A stretch of DNA of 64,000 nucleotides from Blasia pusilla (lineage: Eukaryota): NCBI GenBank assembly GCA_050084515.1, contig CM114271.1, forward strand, positions 37,076,001-37,140,000, in the 5' to 3' direction. A program made the translations under genes and the position numbers. Each line of letters opens with the position of its first letter. Position 1 is the stretch's first letter. The notes below the pieces were generated by a model. The model worked only from the letters and a program-made list of their open reading frames with translations, was not told the DNA's origin and made no database searches. Shown one piece after another: positions 1 through 14,030 of the stretch.

Positions 1-3000
1 GGGCGTTGCAAACAGCATAGATAGTGATATCGAAAATGTCAAGCGTCTACTCAGTTACACAAACCTTATTCCTAAGGGACTTTATCTTGACCAGGCAATG
101 AAGGTGCGAGTAATAGTCCATTCCTCCATGCACTTTCTGTGGCTGTAGCGGTCACTCCGTTTGCACCAAATGTTGGCTAGCACAAATCCGCAAAGGGTTC
201 ACGAAATGATAGGCTCTAAAACCTTTTTCAGACTCTCCCTTGTGATAATCGCAGGTAGCCAAAGCCGAGCTTGCACGGGAATGCAACTATGAGCTCGAGG
301 CAGAATATCAGACGAGATTCAGAGAACTCTTGGAGCATGAGCAAGGGTTGCATGTTCCTCAAGTCATTGATGAATTTTGCAGCAAGTGTGTTCTAACGAC
401 TGAACTCGTCCCAGGCAAGTAATCTGCAAAGAATAAACGAGAAGTCAGGTCAACACACTTATCCCCGACCCAATCCCAGAGTCTGCATCCGCTGCGCTAC
501 CATAATGTCAGTCTATACGAACGAAAGATCACATTGCAGCACTCTTCCAGCCTCATATCCCTACTCAAATCAGACTCACATTCCCCAGCTCTCAGCTATT
601 AAAGTTGGATTCACGCTTGGACTGCCATAGTACAGATCGTCACCACTCTCCAGCTTTCTGCTCTTTGACTTCCTTAGTTTTGCTCTATCCTGTTCAGTTG
701 CAAACTTCACAACATTCTTGATCACTTCATTCATCGATTCTCTTCCTCCCAGATCACTCTACAGCAAGGTCAGTTGTAACTCAGCACTGCAGGCACTCCT
801 GGAGTTCTCAGCTGATCCTCGCATCCTGGAATAGAATTCCCAGTCCCAGAAGGAGAGGTGCATTTAGGCAGAGATTCAGTAGCGACGTTTAAATCTTCAC
901 CCTCATCTTACAACGTCACTGGAGATTAACCCTCATATATTTGCATCACTATTTGGAGGCATGTCTGAACTAGATAATAACCATTTCAACAAGACCGGCT
1001 GCTTAACAAAACTCGAGGTCTACCCCCAGTTCTTCAGGATTAATTTGACATGCTGTCTGCACTTCTGAAACTTACGGTTTCCTATTTCATCCTCTTTCGC
1101 ATATGGAACTTGCTACATGGAGACTTGACATATGATGGTAACTATCATCTGGAAGTTTTCCGCGAGTGACTGGATTTCTTGCAAATTACAGGGGTAGCAA
1201 TCGATAAGGTAGCAAAAATGGACCAGAATGTTCGGAATCGAGTTGGTGCACAGATCCTCCATCTGACGTTGAAGGAGCTCTTTGTGTTTCGCTTCATGCA
1301 GGCAAGTATCTTCAAATATGAGAATCGGTGAAACTATCATACACCATAGAAGTAGGGTCAGTGAAGAACAGAGAAAATGGACGTTTAATATGGACTCGAA
1401 TGATTTGTGAGCGTTGGAATCGGGAGTTGAATCTTTAGAGCCTGTAAGAAACGACGTCTAGGATCAGAGTTTCTGGTGAGAGGCAGGCATGCCGATTTAG
1501 GGTTTAGGGTTTAGGGTTTAGAGAGTATCTTCAAATATGAGAATCAGTGAAACTATCATACACCATAGAAGTAGGGTCAGTGAAGAACAGAGAAAATGGA
1601 CGTTTAATATGGACTCGAATGATTTGTGAGCGTTGGAATCGGGAGTTGAATCTTTAGAGCCTGTAAGAGACGATGTCTAGGATCAGAGTTTCTGGTGAGA
1701 GGCAGGCATGCCGATGTTTACGTCGTCGACACATGGTCATAAATTCGTGTTTTGTACTTCTATTCTGTCAAGACCTTGCGTGCCAACGTGACTTCCGAAG
1801 AAGCCATTATGGTAACAGGATTGACGATGAATCTGCAAAGAATGCAAGGATGATGTGAACAGGTTTATGTTTCTCGTTTGGGCTCTGAGGTGGAGCTTAA
1901 AGGAAGAATCCATTTCAGATTAGTGCAAGTCTGGAAGAGGGAATCCAATCTTACTCCAGTCTGTTGTAACCCTGCAGACGGATCCTAATTGGGGAAATTT
2001 CTTGTATGACGAGTCTACGAGTACCATCAATCTCATTGATTTTGGAGCGGCGAGGGAATTCCCAAAGCGATTTGTGGATGATTATCTAAGAATGGTGAGT
2101 TCTGACTTTCACATCCAGGTGGAGTGCCTGAATTCGGGTATAACATGGCGATTCACTCATACTGGAGCTATTGATGGCTTTCCTAGAAGAGTCCCGGAAG
2201 GCCGATTGGCATGTCTTGTGGTTGGAAAGTGTGGGCATGATTTGACTTTCCACTCAGACATCCTCGAATTTGAACTTAGCCCCTGGGGTCTGTATCATTG
2301 CAGCGTCCATCATAGGCATGGGATCCTTGGCCAAACGTGCTCCGCTGGATTGCGTTCTCAACCAGGATGTTCAAGAACACGGACTAGATTTCCAGAGTTG
2401 AATTCTTCATGAACCTTATTCGGTCGTACACTTTCGTGACACTTTCAAAAAGGCGAAACTCGTAGATTTCTAGCTCAGAGTCCAGCTGCAGCCCCCGGAT
2501 CTAGAAGCATGAGGCCCATAATGTGTGTGAAATGAAAAGGTGAGTGATCAGGATTGGAGAACAAGGTTTTCCTGCGAGTTTTCCTGACCGAAATTTTTTC
2601 CACGTGCAGGTGATCGCATGTGCAAACAAGGACCGCGAACAAATCATCGAGATGTCCATCAGGCTGGGTTTTCTGACGGGAGAGGAAGAACTGGTGATGA
2701 TGGACGCCCACACGGAAGCAGCGTTCGTCACCGGCGAGCCCTTTTCAAAGGACGGGCTTTTCGATTTTGGCTCTACAAATCTCCCCCGGCGGGTTTCGGA
2801 ACTGGGTGCGACCATGCTGAGGCACAGGCTCACATCTCCTCCGGACGAAGCATACAGCTTACATCGGAAACTCTCCGGCGCGTTTTTGGCGTGCGTCAAA
2901 TTAGGAGCAGTCGTACCTTGCCGCGAAATGCTCCAAGAGTTCAGCAAAAATTACGAGTTTTCTGAAAGTGCCTCCTCGGGGGCCACCTCGGTGACAGCCC

Positions 3001-3005
3001 CTTGA
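1..3005 (+). CDS. COQ8: ABC1/COQ8 (UbiB-family) atypical kinase, 5'-partial, 5 exons visible
   Basis: Exons <1-103, 255-414, 1192-1301, 1978-2094 and 2610-3005 splice in frame: [17 protein letters not shown]...[13 protein letters not shown]...[12 protein letters not shown]...[19 protein letters not shown]...[10 protein letters not shown]...[23 protein letters not shown]. The QTDPNWGNF and DFGA motifs are diagnostic of COQ8/ABC1. Introns 415-1191 and 1302-1977 have GC donors. Confidence 0.93.
1305..1715 (+). repeat. Near-perfect ~192-bp direct duplication in an intron (1305-1496 and 1524-1715)
   Basis: AGTATCTTCAAATATGAGAATC...GGCAGGCATGCCGAT occurs twice with a 219-bp period and only a few substitutions. 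Confidence 0.95.
1496..1523 (+). repeat. Interstitial plant telomere repeat (TTTAGGG)3 TTTAGAG
   Basis: Read directly; it fills the gap between the two duplicated copies. Confidence 0.9.
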
Positions 3006-3447
3006 TTTGGATTTCCAACATACGGCTAGAAATTCAAACGCGGAGCCCGGTCTCAGAGAGCCTTCGACCAAATCTTAGGCCATCCGACAGGACCAAGTTC
3101 TCGTGGCAGGATCTTTGACAGTCAGATTCGTTAAACCTCCCAAGCAGGAATGTGACGGAGTGCGACTTTTTACCATACCTGAGACGGTGGAGTGGTCGTC
3201 GATTGATCTACTGGGACCCCACGTCCCCGACACAAGCCTACGATCTGACTCTGGACTCCCACGAGAACCCGTGTCATAGCTGTGATCCGGTTTCAAAGCG
3301 AGTCTTACAAACACACTTTCAGCGGAGGATCCGCTCTAGGAACCTCCGGACCTGTTGCCGTTGTTCCCGAGCACTTTCCTGGCTCCCATTCCAATAAAAT
3401 CGAAGTTCATGGATCCGGAAATCTATGCCTCCCTTCAAGCCCTTAAG

Positions 3448-4306
3448 GACACGCAATCTCTCCTTTCCTCTATGGGACTGCCTCCACATTATCTTAAATC
3501 ACTGATATACGCAATCTCTACTCTACATCACTGCCTCCACATTATCTTAACATACTGATAAGCAACTTCGACTCACTGCCTGCAGATATTGATAAGCAAC
3601 TTCGACTATCTGCTTCCACATTCTCGTCAAGCGCTGATATGCATTGTCTACTCCATATCAATACCTCCATATTATCTGAAATTGCTGCTACGGATTCTCT
3701 ACTCCATGTCACTGCCTCCACATTATCCGAAATCGCTGATACGCAATCTTTACTCCATATCACTGCCTCCAAATCATCTCAAATCGCTGACACGCAACGT
3801 CTAATCCATATCACTGCCTCCACATTCACTTCAATTGCTGGTACGCAATCTCCACTCCATATCACCGCCTCCACACTATCTTAAATCACTGACACGCAAT
3901 CTCTACTCCATATGACTACCCCCGCATTCACTTCAAGCGCTGATACGCAATCTCTACTCCATATGACTACCTCCGCATTCACTTCAAGCGCTGACACGCA
4001 ACCTCTACTCCATATCACTGTCTCCGCATTATCTTAAACCGCTGATACGCAATCTCTACTCCATATTACTGCCTCCGCATTATTTTAAAGCGCCCATACG
4101 AGATCTCTACTCCGTATCACTGCCTCCGCATTATCTTAAAGCTCTGATACGCAATCTGTACTCCATACCACTGCCTCCGCATTATCGTAAAGCGCTGATA
4201 CGCAATCTCTACTCCGTACCACTGCCTCCGCATTAACTTAAAGCGCTGATACGCAACCTCTACTCCGTATCACTGCCTCCACATTATCTTAAGGCGCTGA
4301 TACGCA
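3448..4306. repeat. 51-bp minisatellite, about 17 units
   Basis: Unit GCTGATACGCAATCTCTACTCCATATCACTGCCTCCRCATTATCTTAAAGC; unit starts at 4041, 4092 and 4143 give a period of 51. Confidence 0.92.
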
Positions 4307-7300
4307 CGCGAACTTTGCGCTTCATCGCAGCGTTAAAAAATCTCTCCAAACGCTTGCGCGGAACTTACGTACACAAGTCCACATCGTGGACTTGTGGACG
4401 CGACCATTCTTCCGGAGGACGAAGGCACGCCCGCATCGTCCCTTCATTTGAGCTCCGGAGGGGAGGGGTCGCAATGGAATTAGGACTTTCCGTCGTTGTA
4501 GTGGACGGAGGTTTCTGTCACGGAGCTGGAAGCGCCCAACGTAGGAAACCGGTGGGTGCTGCCTGGAATACGGTGAGGCGTTTCAACTGCGGTGGACCGG
4601 TCCAAGTCCGGTGGCGCGACCGTGGGGCTAGGACGCGTGGGACGTACCCATGAGACCTGCCCTTATACCAGAAGCCGAGCGCGCGATTCAGTCAAGTCCG
4701 TAGTCTGCGACTGCGTCGGTGCAGCATTATTAGGGCGTATCACGTGGAATCCCGTGGAAAAATCTGCAGGTCTCATACGTCCTTCTGATCTGAGACGTCC
4801 AATTTTCTCCTCGCTAGCCACCGGATCAACGTGAAAGGTTTTACCCGTGGAACGCCCCACGGAAATGACGGGAAAATCCCACGGGACGTGGGAGTCTATG
4901 CGTTTATGGCGAAACCTATGGAACAAAGCGATCCCGTAAAGAGGGACGGTGTTGTATGCTGAATATTTAGGGGTACCTAGTTTTACTCCTTGCCCGGGTA
5001 GTTCTGGATTTTCCTCATGTATTTTTTATGTCGTTTTCTTCCCCTTAAGTTTTCGGGTGCATTTTGATTTTGAAAGGATTATGTGCCTCTCCAAAAAAAA
5101 GAAAATACAAATCAACTAGTGGGCATCCCGATTAATCATGTTTACATAAAAAAAATTCTTTTGCCTCATAAAAGGAGAAACATTTTTTTATGCCCCAAGC
5201 TGTAACATGTCAAATAAAAAAGTGTTTGCAAATCAAGAAGACACTCTAATATAGATAAACACAAAAGAGAAGATTATTTGTTTTGAAAACTATAACGTTT
5301 TGGTCCAAAGTTGGAGGAAAATATTTATTCGGTTGAAAACGATATCATCCCTAAGTTCATATATTTGGGTTCTAAGAGAAGATTACTTTCCCATTTTTGC
5401 TATTTATAGCATGCACTGATTTTTTCAAATGAATAATACAATAATTTATTTTACTATCGGACAAAGTAACATAAATAATTCTTGTATAATACGATTTTCC
5501 AATTAAGAGGAATACCCGGCATTTTAGGGTCACTAGAAAATATTGTTGCCTCCCTTATTATGAGTTCCAAGAAGATTATTCTTTGTGCCAAACGGATTTC
5601 GGTTACATGGTGGTTCTTTGGCTTAGCTCCATCTCCTAACACGCCTCTTAAAAACATATCACACGTACCTTGCTCCTTGCCTTGGTCCCTTGGATTTTTG
5701 GACCTGCTCTCCCAACCTACTAATATTTTTACTTCTCTTCCCTCCCTTATTAAACGTCAAACTAGCTAAGAAAAAACCACATTCTGTATTAATTAAGTTT
5801 GGACTCCCAGAGATAAATAAAACGAGGGCTTGATTCCTTATTCGAAAACAATATTACACATCATCTCCACAAGTTTGGGCTCCCATAGAATCAGGAGAAG
5901 ATTCCTTGTTTTGAAACAAAAATCATGCACACCCTCATACGCTTTGGCTTCCTTCCATACAATGACTTGTTTTGGAAACCATAGCACTCTCAAGCTTGGA
6001 AGGCTCTTTTGTCAAAGGGGAGACCCTCGAAAATGGGGTGATAAAGTTTGACTAAGTTTTCCAGCAAAATGTGGGCGTTTACAAAACATCTTGGGGATTT
6101 GGGAATCTTGGGATATTGGGAAATACAATACAATTGACGAAGCCATATATATATATATATATATCCCCTTCATTCGTCACCTCATAAAGATAATAATTAT
6201 CACAAGGAGTCGGAAGCAAAAGTCAAGAACTATTACTTTGCAGACACAAAACATCAATGGAGACTCAAAGATAGATACCTCTACACGAAAAGAATAATAC
6301 AATACTTCATAATTGGGCGATGGGGAAATCCATGGCGTCTTTGGCTGGATGACTTTACTTCCTGCTCCAGCTTTTGGCCTCAATATATGTATGCATCACG
6401 AGTTTAACTCAAAGTTGGAAAAAAAAAGTTATTCAGAATTTTCTAACTTGGTCAGTTCAAAAATACCAAAAAATTATTTCCTCTCATCTCCTTTTTCTTA
6501 TTTTTTCTATCTCATCCAATAAAAAATAGAAAGATCAATTTTCTGTTTAATTTTGAAGGATAACTATATTTTGAAGAAAAAAGGGGTCAAACATAAAGAG
6601 GGGGAAATAGGAGAGCGATGGGACAAGAATTGTTCTCCAAAATGAGGAGAATAATATTATTTTCTAAATGAGAACATGGAGATTGGGAGAGGGAAGTGAC
6701 ATCAGCGACTTTTCATTAAGGGAAACGAAAGGAATTTTTTTAATAATCAGGAATTTTTCTTTTTCAATCATTTTTTGCAACCCATCTTGGGATATGCTCT
6801 ACATAAAATCTACCTACATTATCATAGGCATTGGTTTCTTGCAGGTTAAACTTAAAATTTGCAACATGTGTTTGTAGGCTTCATATGTAGTAATTCTTCA
6901 TGCATTGAGCTTGCCAAAAATATCTAATAAGAAAAAAAATTAGGTTTAGTTTTGGTTTTTATAAATATTCATCCAAAAATATCCAATAAAAAAATTTAAT
7001 CATATTTCCATGGTAAAAAAAACTTCATGGGATTTTTCCCATTTTTGGAATTTATGTTTATGGTGAATTTTGTTACCATTTTATCCTTTTGACCCAATAC
7101 ATCACACGGGACTAAATCGCTAGTATTTAATGCGTAAAAATATGTTCATTCCTTTATTTGAGATGGCCCTTGAAAGCTTCTAGTCTTTTTCATATATATA
7201 TATACATACCACTCCTAATTTTTTCCATGTTATCTCTTCTCAAGTGTGCAAAGAATGAATATATGGCCGGAGAGTAATTGTGTTTAAATGGATATTGGGA

Positions 7301-8454
7301 TTCCTTAGAATGACTGAAACCCCACACTTCAAAACTCTGTGTGCTTGAGTATCTCCGAGTGTGCTTAGGTCAATATTAAATTGCGATTGACTTCAATTGG
7401 ATTCATTCCTTGTCCAAGTATGCAAGTGTACATCTATATTATTATTGTAGAGTGCCTTCTTGATATGCAAATACCTCTTTGCTTGACATGTGGCAAGGGG
7501 GAAGCAAGAAAATATCTCCTCCTAAACGGGCAGCCAAATTTATTTATTTTATCCAACATGATTAGTCCCGTCACTCCTGTGTATGGCACGGGCTGCCCAA
7601 TAGTATGCTTGATGGGCATAGGCTATTGCGTAATGGACAAACTACCCTTGCAATCAACACTATTGGGATCAAACCAAGGTTCAAGGAGTTTTCCCCCCCC
7701 CCGAACGGATACATTCCTAAACAGAGTGAGATTGATTTTTTTTTTTTGAATTTTTTTAAATCCAAACAGTTATTTGATACAAAATACAAAGAAACCCTTC
7801 ATTTTGAACCAATTTTTTCAAGGTTTATGAGAGAAACCTAATTTCTTCATTTCGACCATTCCCACACATAACTCCATTTATCCTAAACTCATGTGGTGCT
7901 GGACTCTTCAAGTAAAATGTCAACCTTTGGCATTTAATAATGTAGAAAAAAACAAAGAAAATTGGTCAGCAACCCATTTCCATCTACAAACGAACTTCGG
8001 ATGACATGCCAATGAAAAATTGTAGTGACCCCTAGACTCCCAAATTTGAACGTGAGACAACCCATCCATCTTTGGGAAACTCAAACTCTTAATCATGGAT
8101 CTAAATTCGAAGTTTGACTTGACTACAACACGTGATATCTTGTGGGATAAGAATCCTGAGTTGACAAGATTGTTCAACATGAGGCGCTAGTTTCCTAGAG
8201 GAAGACATCTTCTTCCTCTCTATGACTCTATGTGCATTGGGTCAATTTGGGTGGACTCGCCAAGAGCACTCTTTTTCTTTTCTTTTTTGTTGGTCATGAT
8301 GAAGTGTGCCTTCTACGAATAATGTCCCATACATCAAAAAAGCCTTTTTCATGGTACGTCAACTTCTTTGGTGTGAACTCGCCCCTTAGACCAACATTTC
8401 CAGTCTCGTAGAAAGTCCATGCCATGGATGCCAATCATTCCCCTTAACTTAGTC

Positions 8455-8990
8455 TAGTGGACTTGGAGGAAGAAAGTCCATGGCATTAATTCCACTTATT
8501 CCCCTAGTCCTATGGGCTTGGAGTAAGAAGCTCGATGCAATGGATTTAAAGTATTAACGTCGGTCTTATGGGCTTGGAGTAAGAAAGTCGATGCCATAGA
8601 TTTTAATTATTGCCCCGAGTCTCATGGGCTTGGAGTAAGAGAGTCGATGCCATGGATTTAAAGTATTAACGTCGGTCTTATGGGCTTGGAGTAAGAAAGT
8701 CGATGCCATAGATTTAAGTATTCCCCCGAGTCTCATGTTAGTCTCATGGACTTGGAGTAAGAAAGTCGATGCCATAGATTTTAATTATTCCACCACCCAC
8801 CACCCCCCCAACCCCAATCTCATGGGGCTTGGAGTAAGAGAGTCGATGATGGCCATGGACTCCAACTATTCCCCTCCGTCTCGTGGACTTGGACGGAATA
8901 CGAAAGTCGATGCCATCCGTTCCAACTATTCCGCTAGTCTCGTGGACTCCAAAAAGAAGGTGGAGGGCATGGATTCCCATCATATTAGCG
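8455..8990. repeat. ~56-bp tandem repeat with alternating unit variants
   Basis: TTGGAGTAAG anchor at 8518, 8574, 8630, 8686, 8752 and 8829; units alternate between ...GGATTTAAAGTATTAACGTCGGT and ...AGATTTTAATTATTGCCCCGAGT and degenerate at both ends. Confidence 0.85.
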
Positions 8991-10168
8991 TCCTAAACAA
9001 CGACCCTCCAAGGCACGCATTCCTTGGGTTCCCGCTCTTGGACTACGACGCTCATGGACGGCGCCCATTCCCAGAGCTCGTGGACTTCCGAGAGCGCGCC
9101 ATGGACTGCTCCAAACCCACGTCGGAATCTTGCTTCCCGATCCCGACCTCCCCCACCGACGGCCAACTCTAGTCAAAACCGGCGAGTTTCCGGAACCGCC
9201 TGAAACTCCTCTTCCGCTTTCCGACGGCCTTCTTTTAGGGTAATTCGAACTCCCGCAATATAAAACTTAGAAAATAATAAGCTTCAACAAATAATAAAAT
9301 CTCGAAAATAATAAACTTGAAGGAAAACCATCAAACTTCGAAAAGGGCGAGAAGAATATGGAAAAAGCCGCTCATGATTACCTTTTGTTGGAAACTCCCC
9401 CTCGCCATGAGAGAACCCATGCACCCACCAGCGACTCACGAGAAATATGAGAAACTCGTCCTGCGAAAGAAACGAGGGGAAAGGTAGAAGTGAAGACTCG
9501 TGGGAGCTTTATAAAGTCATTTTGTGGGGGGAGTACGAAGAAGTGTGGAGAGAGAGAGAGACAAGATGAGAAGAAGTAATGGGTAAATAATGTGAGCGAT
9601 TTAAGTGGGACCCAACTTCTTCTTCGACAGCCATTTTGCGTCCCCCACAATAGCCTCCTTGAATGCAGCAGCACTCTTAAATACCACTACCATCATCATC
9701 CCACGAAGAACGCTCGTGCATGGAGCTCGCCATGATTGTGGGGAAAGGGTTTACAATCACACATCCCAAACTGGCTGCCAATATGGGCTTACAAAGTGTC
9801 TCCATCGAGTTATGACGAGGTTTTTCACATCAATCTACGTCTAGTAGCTTTTCAGCATTATTTCTTCTCTCTAAACGGCCAAAATCAACAAGGGAGGGAA
9901 AGAAAGAGAGGAGGAGTAAGAATGTAAACTTTAATAGAAATTTGAATGGAAAACCCATCCAGGGAGGGCGCCGGTCATCAATCATAAGGCTTCAAAATAT
10001 CACGGCGTCTCAAAGTATGCTTACGGGCCACTTCCTTAAATGGGCGTTATTAGGACGGTTTGAAAGGTTCTCCGGAAATTGCAATAGTGGGAGGACTATT
10101 GGCGGGGAAAAAAAAATTTAACTCGAAAGGAGTTAAAAAAATTACTTTTCATGACCCAATCTAAACTA

Positions 10169-10332
10169 TCTATATTATTATTTGAGGAGTGTTTTTCAAA
10201 TGGCGATAGTTGAGAGTTCACCACGTGTCTTTCAAACTCAGAATTTACGACGTGTGGCATATGCGGGTGTTTAAGAGACATAACATGACGTTTATGGTTA
10301 GAGAGATCGTGCATCGCACCAGTCCTAACTAG
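10169..10332 (+). mobile_element. Putative non-autonomous mini-Helitron (164 bp)
   Basis: A|TCTATATTATT 5' end, subterminal GTGCATCGCAC hairpin, CTAG|T 3' end; inserted between A and T without a TSD. Confidence 0.6.
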
Positions 10333-10485
10333 TTATTTGAATTTGAGGAGCGCTTCTCAAATGGCGACACCTTCAAATGGTGACACTTGGCACTTTTGAC
10401 ACCTTCAAATGGCGATATGTAACAGTTTTTTTTTACGAACCAGACACATATATATGTAAAATTACAAAGCCAGGCCGTATATATG

Positions 10486-10527
10486 TATAGACTAGTTAGA
10501 GCCTTCACGGGCTCTAACTAGTCTATA
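10486..10527. repeat. Perfect 18-bp inverted repeat made of Helitron-like termini
   Basis: TATAGACTAGTTAGAGCC-TTCACG-GGCTCTAACTAGTCTATA. Confidence 0.9.
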
Positions 10528-13500
10528 TTAATGAATTAGAAATTCCTCCTCCCTCTTCTTGCTGTTTTCCATCTGTTTTTGGATTGCAACTTACTAATTA
10601 CCATCAAAAGAGGACATTCTCCTCTTCGATTTGATATCCTTTTTTTGAAATTACATACATATAAATAAAAGAAAAATATATGTGTCACATATTTTACCCC
10701 TATGGAGATGAACGCTACCCTGTAATGCCCCAATAGAAATGAGATTCCCATGCATGTAGGTCATTTCTATAATAACAACTTGAAAATGATTGAGTCACAC
10801 TATTGTTTGAGGAGCGCTTGGGAATGGCAACAACTTGGATACTCGACACGTGTCTTTTTTAACCTCAAAATCATGGCATCACATTTCTCATAAACTCTTC
10901 CGACTCTCGTATCATGTAATGGGAAGAGAGGCTAAGCTCATCGACTCCTATTGCTCTAAAGGTTTAGTGCCATGGAAAATAATTTAATCACATGGGCAAA
11001 GGATAAGAAATCTAAAGGACAAAAGCATTAGAGAAATTTAATAAACTAGTTAGTACCCCTGCAATGCATGTTCCTATACATGTATTTACATATACATAGA
11101 CCACGTTCTAGAAAAATTGTCACTCGAAGATGTCATCATTTCATAATCACTCTTCAAATTATAATGTACATAAATCATACATCTTTTAATATTATCCACT
11201 TCGGGAAAATTAATACAAGAAAAGAATACAAAAGCATTAGAGGGAAAATTAGCATTACTAATTAATACCACATGATTAATCATGTGAGGTGGGTAACTGC
11301 AGTTTTTAAGACGTTGGGATTTTCTCAAGGCAAATCCCATCTACGATCTTAAGGGTAGTCGACATAAGTAAACGTCGGGTTAAGTTAAAGGTCGCGGTTG
11401 CTATTAATTCTAATCAAGATATTTTGAGAAATATAAGTCCGCTGGTAAGGACGATTAATATTTTATGCGTAAATTTAGAGCAAGCCCTTGATGGGTATGC
11501 AGATATCGATACGAGAGCAATATCTTTTTTTTATAGGCCCAAGTCACACGTGTTCTTTAAGGTCGTCTTTTGTCTTTACAAGGTCAAAATTTTATGCCCC
11601 ATATCTCAAACTATGCCCACGAGTGGAATGAGTTATATAATGGTCGAAATCTCGTTCACGTCTCTGGAATTATTTCATTTGGATTCTTAAAAGAGAAATG
11701 ATTTGTCCCTTTTTCTAAGCTATCCATCTTAATACTTTATTAATCTCTCGGGCGGGTGAGTTTTTTTATTTTTATTTTTATATAATGACACCCATGATGA
11801 TGATAATATAGTACCTCTATTATTATGTCTCTAGTAAAGTGCCGGCCATCCAAAAACTATCCATGCACGAAAATCATATTAATAATTCGAATTAAATTAT
11901 GAGTGATTCAAGTAGCAACATATTTTGAAAAGTTGTTTATGTCACTTGAAATAATTATATTTTTTCTCATGCCACTTGTCATACAACCTATGTTGCCAAG
12001 TAGGACCCAATCCTTTGATTCTAGTATACCAATTAGGATGCACAAGGGACCTCCCGATGCAAGGCTCCTCGTTAATAACTTCACTCTCTTTGCCAATTTT
12101 CAGGACCCGTTACGTGTTTTTGAGGGAAGTTAAGTGACACATGTCAAATGGAAGAGTCAAAAAACTGCATCCTCCAAGTAGTATATAAATTATGATAATA
12201 AAAAATAGTGAGACTAGGGGAAAATATTTTTGGAGCATTTTGGCATGGGAAAGAAAATCACAGGCAAGATATGACACTTTTTGTTACTCTATTTGGAAAG
12301 ATGTGTTCCATTTCTTATGTTGAACTACGTTACCTTGAAAATTCTCTAAAACACATGAAAATTTAAATACTAGTCCAATCTCTACGGGTTTTTTACCCCG
12401 TGTAATTTTGTCTAATTTACATGGAATTACCAATGTACTAAAACAACCAAGCTACCAAAACTTGCAACTCGTAAAAAAATATGATATTCATATTTAAGTT
12501 TTGATACTTTAGTACTTTCAAAATAAGACTTACTTTTAAAATAAATTGAATGAAAGAGATTTTACACGATGAAGCCACATGTTGTTGAGTTTTGATACTT
12601 GATTACTCTTACAAATTTGTCTTCTTTCTAGTTGTGGAAATCTATATACTACTTGGAGGACTTAGTTTCCTTAGTGTTTTGCCTCACTTTAACATGTTTT
12701 TGCACCAAATCTTACTTTTGGACATGGTTACCCATTTTGGTAGGGACATCATTTGTATAGCATATACTAAAGGGAGGATTGGTTTTGGGGATGTTTCTTC
12801 TCTTGTTCTTACGTGTATTTGTTTCCAAAAATACATTCAAAAAATTTGACGCATTTAAGTGTGAAAAAATGGCTCGAGATCATTAAAACAGGAGTGATTG
12901 TGCATCTCACATGTATTTACAAGCCCCTTACTATTTATATTTTTTTAAATCCTAACCATATAATCTATACACTGATGGGAGGATTGAGTTTCCTTGTGCT
13001 CACTCTGAAGTTGGGACCCAACACATGTCTACAAAAAATGTATTTTTACATGAACGACTCAATGTAGCGTGAAAAAAAAACCTGGAGTGGTTTGAAAAGA
13101 CCATGCATCAGCACCTCACTACTTTCGTTTACTCAAAAAGTCCAATTCAAAATCTCATGTATCATAGAAGCATGTCACTCCTGTCCTTAATTTGTTTTTA
13201 AATGATTCCCAACTATATTTGTGACCTCCATGGCTTAACCCCTTGCACATTAATTCCCCACCTAAAGAGAAAGTTTGAATAACCCTAATGAGTTCCGTCA
13301 CTCATTCACTATTTACTTTCTCACTATCCGCTCCCACGCAAAATAAACACATGCAATTATAATTACATTTATAAATCCAAAATGCTTTTCTTCCGCCTAA
13401 ACCTCCCCTCCTATCACAGCGCGTAGTTCGATGGCAGATACCCACACCTTTTGCGCCTTTAGATCGCCCGTCCCTGAATTTACAACTCACTCACTCCATT

Positions 13501-14030
13501 GATACGATACCGTGTCCATGTGCCACCCGCTCTTTGATTGAAAACCGCAACCTTTACATGCAGACAAAAAAATCATGGCATTTGAAAAAAGACGCTTACG
13601 GAAGTATCATTTATGGCTACGGGAACTTCAGTGAGAAAAACACCGCCTTTCATGAAACTTCACGTCCATGTTGTGGTCATTTTGTTCGGGAGTCCATAAA
13701 GGCCACGAGGAGGACGGGGGGGAGATTCGTAGCACTGGAAAATGGTGGACAACTTCCGCTTTAGAGCGCTCACTTGCTCGTGTTCATGATTCCGTGGCAT
13801 TCATGTCAAAGGCTTTTGGTGCAAAGCGATGCACTTAAGGAAACAAATGGTTTAGGGGCAAGTTTTAGGATTGTGGGAAGTGTTCAATTATATTAGTAGT
13901 TGGTGAGATGCATGGGGTTTTGAATTACTTATATTCATTATGTAATTAGTTGGATGATTTACTCTTTCAATTCAATATTGCGAGGTTTTATTGCTTGAGA
14001 GGGCGAGGGATTTTATTGGTCGAGAGATAA

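Noticed and set aside
3448-4306. CRISPR array or repeat-protein gene
   Set aside because: Units are contiguous with no unique spacers and no cas genes are present; every frame is interrupted by stops.
8455-8990. CRISPR-like repeat-spacer pattern
   Set aside because: The apparent spacers themselves recur, so this is a higher-order tandem repeat.
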